Below, piece by piece: positions 1 through 7,553 of a DNA stretch of 47,848 nucleotides. The stretch lies in IMG/VR virus record IMGVR_UViG_3300025674_007358, positions 1-47,848 of that record; one strand, given 5' to 3'. Below the pieces are notes generated by a model. The model did no database searches. It was not told the DNA's origin and worked only from the letters and a program-made list of their open reading frames with translations. The stretch comes from a virus. Lineage: Duplodnaviria > Caudoviricetes. The first letter of the stretch is position 1. Every line of letters starts with the position of its first letter. Both the position numbers and the translations under genes were made by a program.

Positions 1-17
1 AGCAAGTTGGTCCGCGT

Positions 18-236
18 ATGTGGGTTGTGTTCCGCAACTCGACCACGCAAGGCAAGCAAGCCGTGATGGACTTTCCTGAGCGCGACTGGGCGCAATCTTT
101 CGCTGATGGCTGCAACGCCGAGTATGCAAACCCTACCAAGATGAGCGCGAAGTCTCTCAAGCGCAAGGATGCTAAGTATCTGACTGATGCCGAGAAGGCT
201 GATCTTGCTGCGCTTGAAGCTGGCGAGGACATTTAA
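18..236 (+). CDS. hypothetical protein, possibly 5'-truncated by the window edge
   Basis: Frame is open upstream of the ATG to the window start; ends at TAA 234-236. Confidence 0.6.
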   Translation: MWVVFRNSTTQGKQAVMDFPERDWAQSFADGCNAEYANPTKMSAKSLKRKDAKYLTDAEKADLAALEAGEDI

Positions 237-240
237 TAAT

Positions 241-410
241 ATTCCACCTAACCCGTAAAGCGCCAAGCGCGAGAGGTCAAGATAATGAAGATCCCCTATA
301 AACGGCTAAAAGAGGACTAGCCACCCTCCTAACTTAGCAGCAATAAAGCTGCACTAATAAAGGACAACGACTCGAAAGGGCTGCGAGCATAAACAAAGAT
401 CCCACCTTTT
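241..410 (+). ncRNA. candidate structured intergenic RNA (hairpins plus possible pseudoknot)
   Basis: GGCTA 304-308/TAGCC 318-322 stem whose loop GAGG 312-315 can pair with CCTC 325-328; GCAGC 337-341/GCTGC 348-352; CTCG 371-374/CGAG 384-387. Confidence 0.35.
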
Positions 411-415
411 ATTTT

Positions 416-724
416 ATGAAATATTACATCTCCCAGACTATCGTTGAAGTTGTTGACGGTCGCTTGACTGGTAGAGAAGTAGTATTAACACGTGCGGACT
501 CCAAGGTAGATGCAGACTCCGCGAGACTAAAAGATATAAAACTATTCAAAGCAAAGTTGGAGGCAATAGGAATACAAAACCTGCACATAAACAAATACGA
601 CAAGACTCGGTACAACAAATTGATCCGAGAGCAAAACAAGCATAGAAATAAGAAAGCCTTAACTGTGGCTGATATATCTGAGATGATCAAACAGTTCGAT
701 GAAGAAGTAGAAACAAAACAATAA
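416..724 (+). CDS. hypothetical protein
   Basis: 102-aa ORF, ATG start, fits the gene-dense + strand. Confidence 0.7.
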   Translation: MKYYISQTIVEVVDGRLTGREVVLTRADSKVDADSARLKDIKLFKAKLEAIGIQNLHINKYDKTRYNKLIREQNKHRNKKALTVADISEMIKQFDEEVETKQ

Positions 725-737
725 TAGGAGTAGATGT

Positions 738-875
738 ATGTTTATTGGTGGTATGTTAGTAGGTGTTGGAACTGTTGGCGCTGTATGGGCAGCGGTTGCA
801 GGGTCAAGGCGAGAGAAAGCACTCGAAAAGCGTTTGCAAGCGATAGAGGCTGTATGTTTCAAGTCGGAGACTTAG
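738..875 (+). CDS. small membrane protein (45 aa; not in ORF track)
   Basis: AGGAG 726-730 then ATG 738; MFIGGMLVGVGTVGAVWAAVAGSRREKALEKRLQAIEAVCFKSET; N-terminal hydrophobic helix. Confidence 0.6.
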   Translation: MFIGGMLVGVGTVGAVWAAVAGSRREKALEKRLQAIEAVCFKSET

Positions 876-1033
876 TAAAAAGAAAAGCATTAGACAATAG
901 CAGAACACGTGCTTACTGTGTAGTGGTAGAGATAACGAGAGACAATTACATTTTATATAATAACTCTCTTAAATGTTTACAGACAATAGCATTACCAGTA
1001 GTGCAAGAGTTATATAGCAAAGTAGTAGTATAG
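854..1033 (+). CDS. small SH3/KOW-like beta-barrel protein
   Basis: GAGG 846-849 then ATG 854; begins MFQVGDLVKRK (start re-called from track ORF 734..1033). Confidence 0.6.
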   Translation: MFQVGDLVKRKALDNSRTRAYCVVVEITRDNYILYNNSLKCLQTIALPVVQELYSKVVV

Positions 1034-1284
1034 TGTCTTACAGTGGATGTAGGTGCAATATAGTGCACATGTAATATGAGTTAATGATGTAGGTTGTTTT
1101 AATAATGTGATAGAAAATGTGATGGGGATGTGGTTGGGGCTTAGTATGTAGTCTCTACCACTCTTTATCAACCTGTAAGTTACATGCGACAGCATAATGC
1201 GCTTACAACCTGCACTCACGTCCAGCGAATGTGACCAGCAATTCCAGCACCTTACGCGACACGATCGTCGCATACAAATATACA

Positions 1285-1313
1285 TTGACGGCACGTGATT
1301 TGCGTGTTATGAT
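1285..1313 (+). promoter_or_regulatory. sigma70-type promoter
   Basis: TTGACG 1285-1290, 17-nt spacer, TATGAT 1308-1313 with extended -10 TG at 1305-1306. Confidence 0.7.
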
Positions 1314-1334
1314 AGTATAAAGAGAGAATAGAGC

Positions 1335-1406
1335 ATGATGAACATATCTGACGGCATTGGCGCTATCATAATTGTGACTGCATTTGTGCTAGTGATGGCG
1401 TATTGA
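1335..1406 (+). CDS. putative 23-aa hydrophobic peptide
   Basis: Directly downstream of the promoter; MMNISDGIGAIIIVTAFVLVMAY. Confidence 0.35.
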   Translation: MMNISDGIGAIIIVTAFVLVMAY

Positions 1407-1434
1407 TGAACAGGGCAGACACTACATATAGTGT

Positions 1435-1836
1435 GTGTGCATACAAATGATTAGCGAATTCCCGTATAAGAGAGAGTGGGAGACACTATATATGGAATTA
1501 CTTATTAAAATAGGAGATGTTAGGTTATCAGCAACAGAGATTGATATCCTGCATGTAATAATAGACACTGACTGTTATGACTGGTCTGTGGCTGGATTCT
1601 CCAAGTGGTTGCCGGCAGATGTCGAAGACATATGGATAGACGTGCAGTCTCTTATCCTTCACGGATTGCTAGCACGCACGGCCATGTCCCAAAGTTTCGA
1701 GAACATAAAAGAAATATCTGTAACAGTTCCAATGACTGCACGTGCTTGGCTATCACAAAATGAGCAAGACATTGAAGACGCATTTGTAATATTAAACCCA
1801 GACATGTTTGAACTAACAGAGGCAGGAGAAGCATGA
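1435..1836 (+). CDS. putative winged-helix DNA-binding protein (start may be ATG 1492)
   Basis: LSATEIDILHVI...SVAGFSKWL...VQSLILHGLL resembles the MarR-type wHTH pattern. Confidence 0.45.
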   Translation: MCIQMISEFPYKREWETLYMELLIKIGDVRLSATEIDILHVIIDTDCYDWSVAGFSKWLPADVEDIWIDVQSLILHGLLARTAMSQSFENIKEISVTVPMTARAWLSQNEQDIEDAFVILNPDMFELTEAGEA

Positions 1837-1967
1837 GAGAAAGAGTAGGAAGACTATTAGATAAAGGATGTATGATATTATCGTTTACTCCTATTGTATT
1901 ATTTGTTTACGTGTGTGCATTAAAGAAAGGGTTTGGCTGTTACAGTAACTGTTCAGTCAATGATTGA
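1833..1967 (+). CDS. small membrane peptide (44 aa)
   Basis: AGGAG upstream; ATGA overlap with the previous stop; hydrophobic core MILSFTPIVLFVYVCAL. Confidence 0.5.
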   Translation: MRERVGRLLDKGCMILSFTPIVLFVYVCALKKGFGCYSNCSVND

Positions 1968-1988
1968 CAATTGCTTGACGAGGTGCTA

Positions 1989-2026
1989 GGGGTACCCCCC
2001 TACCCCCCTACCGGGATGTATGTCCC
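1989..2026. repeat. GGGGTACCCC palindrome with tandem TACCCCCC repeats
   Basis: GGGGTACCCC 1989-1998; TACCCCCC at 1993-2000 and 2001-2008, TACC 2009-2012; GGGA 2013-2016/TCCC 2023-2026; non-coding. Confidence 0.8.
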
Positions 2027-2120
2027 TATGTTCGGTGTGTGCTGGATGTGGTGGCTAAGTACGTTCGATCTACGCCGGTAAAAATTTTGAGATATAAGAA
2101 CCTGAGCACGTATATACTAC

Positions 2121-2399
2121 GTGGCACATCTCAAAGAGTTCTTCGAAAAAGCACCTGCCCATGACTTTGCAGTCGGGGATTTAGTCACATGCGACTGCCA
2201 TGGTGGGCTAGCTATCATAATTCGCCTCTTTGACGGCACTAATGAAAAGGAACCCGACTACCCGTCCATGAATATGGTCGAGATTTGGTGGCTAAGGTAC
2301 CCACACCGCGGAATTAAAGAACGCCAGTGGATACACACCATATCGAGATTAAAAAGGCACACAGGCAAAAATTACGCGCCTAAAAATTTTACAGATTAG
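2121..2399 (+). CDS. SH3/KOW-like small protein
   Basis: FAVGDLVTC...GLAIII...VEIWWL pattern. Confidence 0.6.
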   Translation: MAHLKEFFEKAPAHDFAVGDLVTCDCHGGLAIIIRLFDGTNEKEPDYPSMNMVEIWWLRYPHRGIKERQWIHTISRLKRHTGKNYAPKNFTD

Positions 2400-2413
2400 A
2401 GCATAGTTAGTAT

Positions 2414-2668
2414 GTGGCTAACAACAGTAATAAAAACTCATATTACTTGAGAGGTGACTTGGTTCAGTACGTAGAGTACTTTTATTACCCAGTAAGAGCA
2501 AAGCTAACAGAAGATGACGCAAAGAACGGCGATGTTGGGATTATAATCGACACAGTGTACACTATGTACGGCAATGAGTTGTACGACATATATTGGTTAA
2601 GAACCGGTAAGCGAAGTTTTACGGCAGCTATAAACCTTAAATTGGCTTATTTGGCACCTAGCACCTAA
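2414..2668 (+). CDS. SH3/KOW-like small protein
   Basis: YLRGDLVQY...VGIIID...YDIYWL pattern. Confidence 0.65.
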   Translation: MANNSNKNSYYLRGDLVQYVEYFYYPVRAKLTEDDAKNGDVGIIIDTVYTMYGNELYDIYWLRTGKRSFTAAINLKLAYLAPST

Positions 2669-2676
2669 TTATACAC

Positions 2677-2922
2677 ATGAAAATCAAAAAGTCAGATTTG
2701 CGCAAAATCATCCTTGAAGAACTGACTAAGTCGGACAAAGATGAAATCCAGCGCATGATTTCAAAAGAACTTAAGAAAATGGTCGAAGATGAAGTAGCAA
2801 AAGCTATCAAGTCAAAGGACATCAAGGACGACATTGGTGATATTACCAAGAAAGTTCTTAAAAAGCTATACAAGGATATGTCCGTACATCATCCTTACAT
2901 TATTGACCGAATTAAAGTGTAA
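2677..2922 (+). CDS. hypothetical helical protein with MKIKKSDLRKIILEEL leader
   Basis: ATG start; CTAATTA motif 2665-2671; leader shared with other ORFs in the window. Confidence 0.75.
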   Translation: MKIKKSDLRKIILEELTKSDKDEIQRMISKELKKMVEDEVAKAIKSKDIKDDIGDITKKVLKKLYKDMSVHHPYIIDRIKV

Positions 2923-2969
2923 CTTAGTAACACGCGGGACTATGTATAGACCGCTGTTGGAGATATAAA

Positions 2970-3224
2970 ATGTTTAAAACGCAAGTAATAGCAATAACGC
3001 TGAGCGCATTAGCCGGAACATCTGCGGGACTAGTCGGAGAGCAAGTGGTGTCCAAGCCCGAAATGCTGCCCATTCCTTACGAAACCGTGGGCGACACTGT
3101 TCCCTTACAGCCATTTAATCACTCACCAGTTATTGAATGCAATGGTATTACGCTAGACGATGCTGTAGATATTAAGATCGTCAGCGAGTGTGCTGTTGGT
3201 CGTGTAGGTTGGCTTAAACTGTAG
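2970..3224 (+). CDS. putative secreted protein
   Basis: GGAG SD; signal-peptide-like N-terminus MFKTQVIAITLSALAGTSAG. Confidence 0.6.
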   Translation: MFKTQVIAITLSALAGTSAGLVGEQVVSKPEMLPIPYETVGDTVPLQPFNHSPVIECNGITLDDAVDIKIVSECAVGRVGWLKL

Positions 3225-3242
3225 ACAACACCTAGTTACTAT

Positions 3243-3485
3243 GTGGACCTCAGAAGTGGCATGGTATTGTACGATGTCGTCGATAAAAGTTTTATCATAC
3301 TTGTTCGACGATTTTGGTCATACGAAGGACTAGAAGCGCCGTCGTATGCTAAGATTAATCCCGACTTTTTTAAAGTATGGGTGTGGGAAACTTTGTCGTC
3401 AAAAGAAGGCAAGATGTTTTGGTCGGAAGGTGGCTTGCATAATTTAATCAAGTCGGAGATTATTATCGTATTGGATGATATTTAA
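3243..3485 (+). CDS. small beta-rich (SH3-like) protein
   Basis: LRSGMVLYD...IILVRR...VWVWE; CTAGTTA 3232-3238 upstream. Confidence 0.55.
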   Translation: MDLRSGMVLYDVVDKSFIILVRRFWSYEGLEAPSYAKINPDFFKVWVWETLSSKEGKMFWSEGGLHNLIKSEIIIVLDDI

Positions 3486-3491
3486 GAAACT

Positions 3492-3770
3492 ATGCAAACA
3501 AACTTGCGCGAAGAGTCAGAACGTATTAAGTTAGTACCCGGCGATATGATCGTTGATATTACTTCTAATAATGTCGGCATTCTGATAGAGCGTGTCCGGC
3601 GGATTAGCATGCAAGACGATGATGTTTACTTTTGGATTATTCACTGGACTAAAGAGTCGGATAATATGGTGCCTATGACTCTGCAAATGGAAGAAGATGG
3701 TCTTAAGATCTCGATAGTCGTTGGTTTGTATGACCTTTTCTCAAGTAGTGATTTGCAAAAGCTGAAATAA
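3492..3770 (+). CDS. SH3/KOW-like small protein
   Basis: LVPGDMIVD...VGILIE...WIIHW pattern. Confidence 0.6.
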   Translation: MQTNLREESERIKLVPGDMIVDITSNNVGILIERVRRISMQDDDVYFWIIHWTKESDNMVPMTLQMEEDGLKISIVVGLYDLFSSSDLQKLK

Positions 3771-3784
3771 TTTTAGGAAAAAAT

Positions 3785-3991
3785 ATGGAAAAAATTTCGA
3801 AGTTTGATGTCGGTGATCTGGTATTGATAGGCGACCATCCTCATACCGAACCTGCCATCATACTGAAAATGGGACCTGCGCGGGAAGATAAACAAACGAT
3901 TATGTTCCCTGTATGTCATATTTTAAACCTGCGAACTTCTGCTGTTGAGAGATCTTATTTGTTTAGATTGCGTCTTCTTTCTGCAAGCTAA
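3785..3991 (+). CDS. SH3/KOW-like small protein
   Basis: AGGA SD; FDVGDLVLI...PAIIL pattern. Confidence 0.6.
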   Translation: MEKISKFDVGDLVLIGDHPHTEPAIILKMGPAREDKQTIMFPVCHILNLRTSAVERSYLFRLRLLSAS

Positions 3992-4002
3992 TAGTTACAA
4001 CA

Positions 4003-4170
4003 GTGGACAAGCTTAATAAAATCATGTTTCCAATTGCTGTGGCGGCTTTCTTTGCTAATATATGGATGCTGATATGGGGTTCGATGAATAATCTCCATGA
4101 TCTTGAAATACTATCTCTTTGTAATATGATCCTATTAAGTTTCGTTCTTCTTCGTCGAGAAGGCGACTAG
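4003..4170 (+). CDS. small two-TM membrane protein (55 aa; not in ORF track)
   Basis: GTG 4003 to TAG 4168-4170; MDKLNKIMFPIAVAAFFANIWMLIWG...LEILSLCNMILLSFVLLRREGD; ATAGTTA 3991-3997 upstream. Confidence 0.55.
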   Translation: MDKLNKIMFPIAVAAFFANIWMLIWGSMNNLHDLEILSLCNMILLSFVLLRREGD

Positions 4171-4213
4171 CGACATATTTACTATGTCGTAAGACTGCAT
4201 AGGAGGGTTAAAT

Positions 4214-5233
4214 GTGGGAGTGTTTTTATTTGTTTTAGGATTCTTATCTTGTTACACTGACTACTCAATCGGTCAAGAGAAAAAAGTTATATCCGAAATA
4301 AAAGAAGTGGAAGTAACCGTAGAAGTTCCGGTTGAAACGGTTGTTGAGATTGAGGTTCCAGTTTATATAGAAGTCGAGGTTCCGGTCAACGAAGGCGAGA
4401 TCTGGATTGACTCATTTACTCAACATAACTCTATTGAAGGTATCGATATCTTATGGGTTATTGACCGTTCAGGCTCTATGCATATTTATAACTCGCAGTT
4501 GTTAGCCGGTATTGAAGCGATGTTATTGGCTCTTCCAACAAGCGACTGGCGCCTTGTAATGATTAGTGCCGATCCAAGAGACTCTGTTGTAAGTACTGAG
4601 TTTCCACTTATTCCGGGTGACGATGTAGTCGATGCAGCAGATATGATGTCTACATTAGGAAATGGAGCGTTAGAGGAAGGCTTTGAGTCGGTATTCCAAT
4701 ATATCGTTCTCAATCCTTACTCTTCAACTTGGATGCGACCAGAGGCTGGCTTGTTAGTTGTGTTTGTTTCTGATGAAGAAGAGCAAAGCAATGTTAGATA
4801 TCCATTAGCAATGGAATTTGTAAGTTGGTACCGCTCTTTGCGAGGCGGGTCGGTATTTATGGCTAGCATCGTAAACCATGAATTTGGTACCTCGTTATGC
4901 AGTTGGGCTGTTAGTCCATTAGATGTTGGAGAAAGATATATGGAAGCCACAAATGCTTTTGGTGGGGTTGTGGTAGATATCTGTGATTCTGATTGGTCTC
5001 CGGGCGTGACTGATGCGACACGCTCACTGGATCCAATAGAAAATATAAAATTAACCCACCAAGCAGAAGAGGACTCTATTAGAGTTTTCATCAACGGTTC
5101 TTTAAATTACGACTGGTACTACCAAGCATCAGATAACACAGTTTATTTCACTATTGTGCCATCTGGTGGTGATTTAGTCGAAGTCGGATATAGGTATATA
5201 GCAGCACCGGATACCGGTGATAGTGGCTTATAG
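4214..5233 (+). CDS. VWA (von Willebrand A) domain lipoprotein, myxobacterial type
   Basis: AGGAGG SD; lipobox-like FLSC; MIDAS motif DILWVIDRSGSM; VVFVSDEEEQS; VEVPV repeats; C-terminal DTGDSGL. Confidence 0.8.
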   Translation: MGVFLFVLGFLSCYTDYSIGQEKKVISEIKEVEVTVEVPVETVVEIEVPVYIEVEVPVNEGEIWIDSFTQHNSIEGIDILWVIDRSGSMHIYNSQLLAGIEAMLLALPTSDWRLVMISADPRDSVVSTEFPLIPGDDVVDAADMMSTLGNGALEEGFESVFQYIVLNPYSSTWMRPEAGLLVVFVSDEEEQSNVRYPLAMEFVSWYRSLRGGSVFMASIVNHEFGTSLCSWAVSPLDVGERYMEATNAFGGVVVDICDSDWSPGVTDATRSLDPIENIKLTHQAEEDSIRVFINGSLNYDWYYQASDNTVYFTIVPSGGDLVEVGYRYIAAPDTGDSGL

Positions 5234-5241
5234 GAGATATC

Positions 5242-5976
5242 ATGAAACACTTACCTTTAATATTTGCGATGTTGTTGTCGCTATTATCAAACTCACAAGC
5301 AGCAACAAACACAGCAGCAGTTCCCTTACCTGTTGAACATGCTGACGTGGCCATGAATATGGCACAAAAGAAAGTTAGAGAAGCCGCAGTTAAAGTTGCT
5401 TCTGGTGGAGGGCACGGAAGTGGTTCATATATCGTCCACAAGGGTCTTCACATGGTTTTTACTGCACAACATGTAGCAGACGGTCATATTGGCTCGAAGT
5501 ATCAGGTATTCAAAGGCAAAGAAATGAGAGTTGCCACTCTTGTTTGGTCTAGCGAGTTAACAGACATGGCTGTGCTTTATTTACCCGAGAGATTTATTAC
5601 TGCTGATCCAATGAAGTGGGATCCTCAAAAACGAATTGCTGAAGTTGGAACTGACATAACTTATTCTGGTTTTCCGTCAAGCCATAAGTTAATGACTTTT
5701 GCTGGTAGTGTAGCGGGATATGCCGAACGTCATGGAGCAGGAAAGCAGATTATTCTTAACACATATGGATGGTTTGGTTGCTCGGGCTCTGTTGTTTACA
5801 ATTTAAAAGGTGAGATCATTGGTATCTTATACGGTGTTGATGTTGAATATCATCCAGACATACAAGTTCAAGAGAATATGATTTGGGTCGCCCCTATACA
5901 ACAAATTAAAATAGAAAACATTGTAAAAAGAATTTGTTCTGGTGTACCATATGGAACTGTAAGAGCCTGTAAATAA
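5242..5976 (+). CDS. secreted trypsin-like serine protease
   Basis: Signal peptide; GSGSYI, TAQHV (His), DMAVL (Asp), GCSGS (Ser), GEIIGIL. Confidence 0.85.
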   Translation: MKHLPLIFAMLLSLLSNSQAATNTAAVPLPVEHADVAMNMAQKKVREAAVKVASGGGHGSGSYIVHKGLHMVFTAQHVADGHIGSKYQVFKGKEMRVATLVWSSELTDMAVLYLPERFITADPMKWDPQKRIAEVGTDITYSGFPSSHKLMTFAGSVAGYAERHGAGKQIILNTYGWFGCSGSVVYNLKGEIIGILYGVDVEYHPDIQVQENMIWVAPIQQIKIENIVKRICSGVPYGTVRACK

Positions 5977-5978
5977 TA

Positions 5979-6428
5979 ATGAAATATACTTGGAAGACAT
6001 TTCTTCAAGAAGAAGAGCTAAAATCTGTCGGTATTGTCGCTTGTTTAGACGATAAAGGCAGATTTTTAGTTATTAGACGCTCTAATATAGATCATAGAGG
6101 TGGACAGTGGACCATACCGGGTGGTCATATCGATGAAGAAGATGGTTCTATCGAAGAGGGTGCGATAAGAGAATTGGAAGAAGAAACTGGTTTAACTTGT
6201 AGTGTCTCAGACTTAAAGTATTTGGGTGAACCAAAGCCGCAAAAGTATTATTTCTTAACTAGAAAATGGTCTGGAGATGTAGATGTTGATATTCCAAACC
6301 CTAAAACTGGTGAAATTGAACATGACGATTATAAATGGGCAACAGTTGATGAGATAAAAGAGTTGGAAGGTAATGAGATTCCGATCTATTTATTGGAGAA
6401 AGCTTTGGATATCTCTAAAAATGACTGA
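5979..6428 (+). CDS. Nudix hydrolase
   Basis: Nudix box GGHIDEEDGSIEEGAIRELEEETGL. Confidence 0.92.
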   Translation: MKYTWKTFLQEEELKSVGIVACLDDKGRFLVIRRSNIDHRGGQWTIPGGHIDEEDGSIEEGAIRELEEETGLTCSVSDLKYLGEPKPQKYYFLTRKWSGDVDVDIPNPKTGEIEHDDYKWATVDEIKELEGNEIPIYLLEKALDISKND

Positions 6429-7236
6429 TTTATATGGTGAAATAGAAGACCTCGACGAAAAGAAGAAGCGTAAGAAGAAAAAGAAGAAGTCTGGTAAAAA
6501 AGACGCATGTTATCATAAAGTGAGATCGCGTTATGATGTTTGGCCTTCTGCATATGCCTCTGGTGCTCTTGTTAAATGTCGCAAAGTTGGAGCAAAAAAC
6601 TGGGGAAATTCAAAGAAAGAACAACTTCAAGCAGTAATTGAAGACGAAGTAACCAAGATTTTGCAAGAAAAAGAAGAAAAAGATTATATTCCGGGTGGTT
6701 TGACTGACAAACTAACTGGTAGTATGGAAGATAAACACAAGCAACTTGCAAAAATGCACGATGTTAGCCTCGAAGATATTGAAAAAGAAGTATCAAAGGG
6801 CGTCAAGGTTGAAATGGAACACACAAATGATGAGAATATTGCTCACGAAATCGCAATGGACCACGTTTTTGAAGATCCAAAGTATTATTCCAAACTTTCA
6901 GCACAAAATCTTGAAGAAAATTCTCTTGAAGACATCATTTATTATACTCTTTTTGAGGTATTAGAAGAAAAAAAAAGAAAATTAACCTCCAAACCATCAT
7001 CTGAGACATCTTTACGTGATTGGTTTGGTCGAAAAGGCGCTCCGGGCAAGAAAAAAGGCTGGGTTGACTGTAATACTTGTCGCAAAGATAAGAAAACAGG
7101 TCGTAAAAAGTGTTCTGCTTGCGGAAGATCAGGTGGAGAAAAACGTTCAAAGTATCCTTCGTGTCGTCCAACCCCTGGGGCATGCGGTAAAAGAGGCAAC
7201 TGGGGTAAAAAATCTAAGAGAGGTAAAAAAGGATGA
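6421..7236 (+). CDS. modular Lys/Cys-rich phage protein with DUF5661-like segment
   Basis: Start re-called to ATG 6421; modules DACYHKV..WPSAYASGALVKCRK, GVKVEMEHT..IAMDH..EDPKYY, SLRDWF..GWVDC..CGR..KYPSCRP. Confidence 0.7.
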   Translation: MTDLYGEIEDLDEKKKRKKKKKKSGKKDACYHKVRSRYDVWPSAYASGALVKCRKVGAKNWGNSKKEQLQAVIEDEVTKILQEKEEKDYIPGGLTDKLTGSMEDKHKQLAKMHDVSLEDIEKEVSKGVKVEMEHTNDENIAHEIAMDHVFEDPKYYSKLSAQNLEENSLEDIIYYTLFEVLEEKKRKLTSKPSSETSLRDWFGRKGAPGKKKGWVDCNTCRKDKKTGRKKCSACGRSGGEKRSKYPSCRPTPGACGKRGNWGKKSKRGKKG

Positions 7237-7550
7237 ACAATTTTAGTGAAGAGTACATAAAACAAGTTATTCGTGAAGAACTTGAGGCTGTACTTGATGA
7301 AAAAAAGAAAAAACCATGCAAGCCGTCCAAAGGAAAGCGCTTTGCTAAGCGCGTAAACGGCAAGTGTCGCTCGTTTGGTCAAGCAGGACAAGCGAAAGGC
7401 GGCGGAGATCGCATTCGACCCGGTACAAAGAAGGGAGATGCCTACTGTGCTCGCTCTGCAAAGATTAAAAAGTGCAAAAATCCACCATGCGCCAATGATT
7501 TATCGCGTAAAAAGTGGAAATGTCGTGGTTCTAAGTCGATGAAGGAATAA
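7233..7550 (+). CDS. basic Cys-rich phage protein
   Basis: IKQVIREELEAVLDE leader; SFGQAG...RPGTKKGDAYCARS...KWKC. Confidence 0.7.
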   Translation: MNNFSEEYIKQVIREELEAVLDEKKKKPCKPSKGKRFAKRVNGKCRSFGQAGQAKGGGDRIRPGTKKGDAYCARSAKIKKCKNPPCANDLSRKKWKCRGSKSMKE

Positions 7551-7553
7551 AAA

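Noticed and set aside
734-853. Cys/Trp-rich N-terminus of track ORF 734..1033
   Set aside because: Better explained by the 738..875 membrane ORF in another frame plus a real start at 854.
6968-6976. A9 run as a programmed frameshift or phase-variation site
   Set aside because: It encodes a Lys-rich stretch in an intact frame; such runs are expected in this AT-rich sequence.
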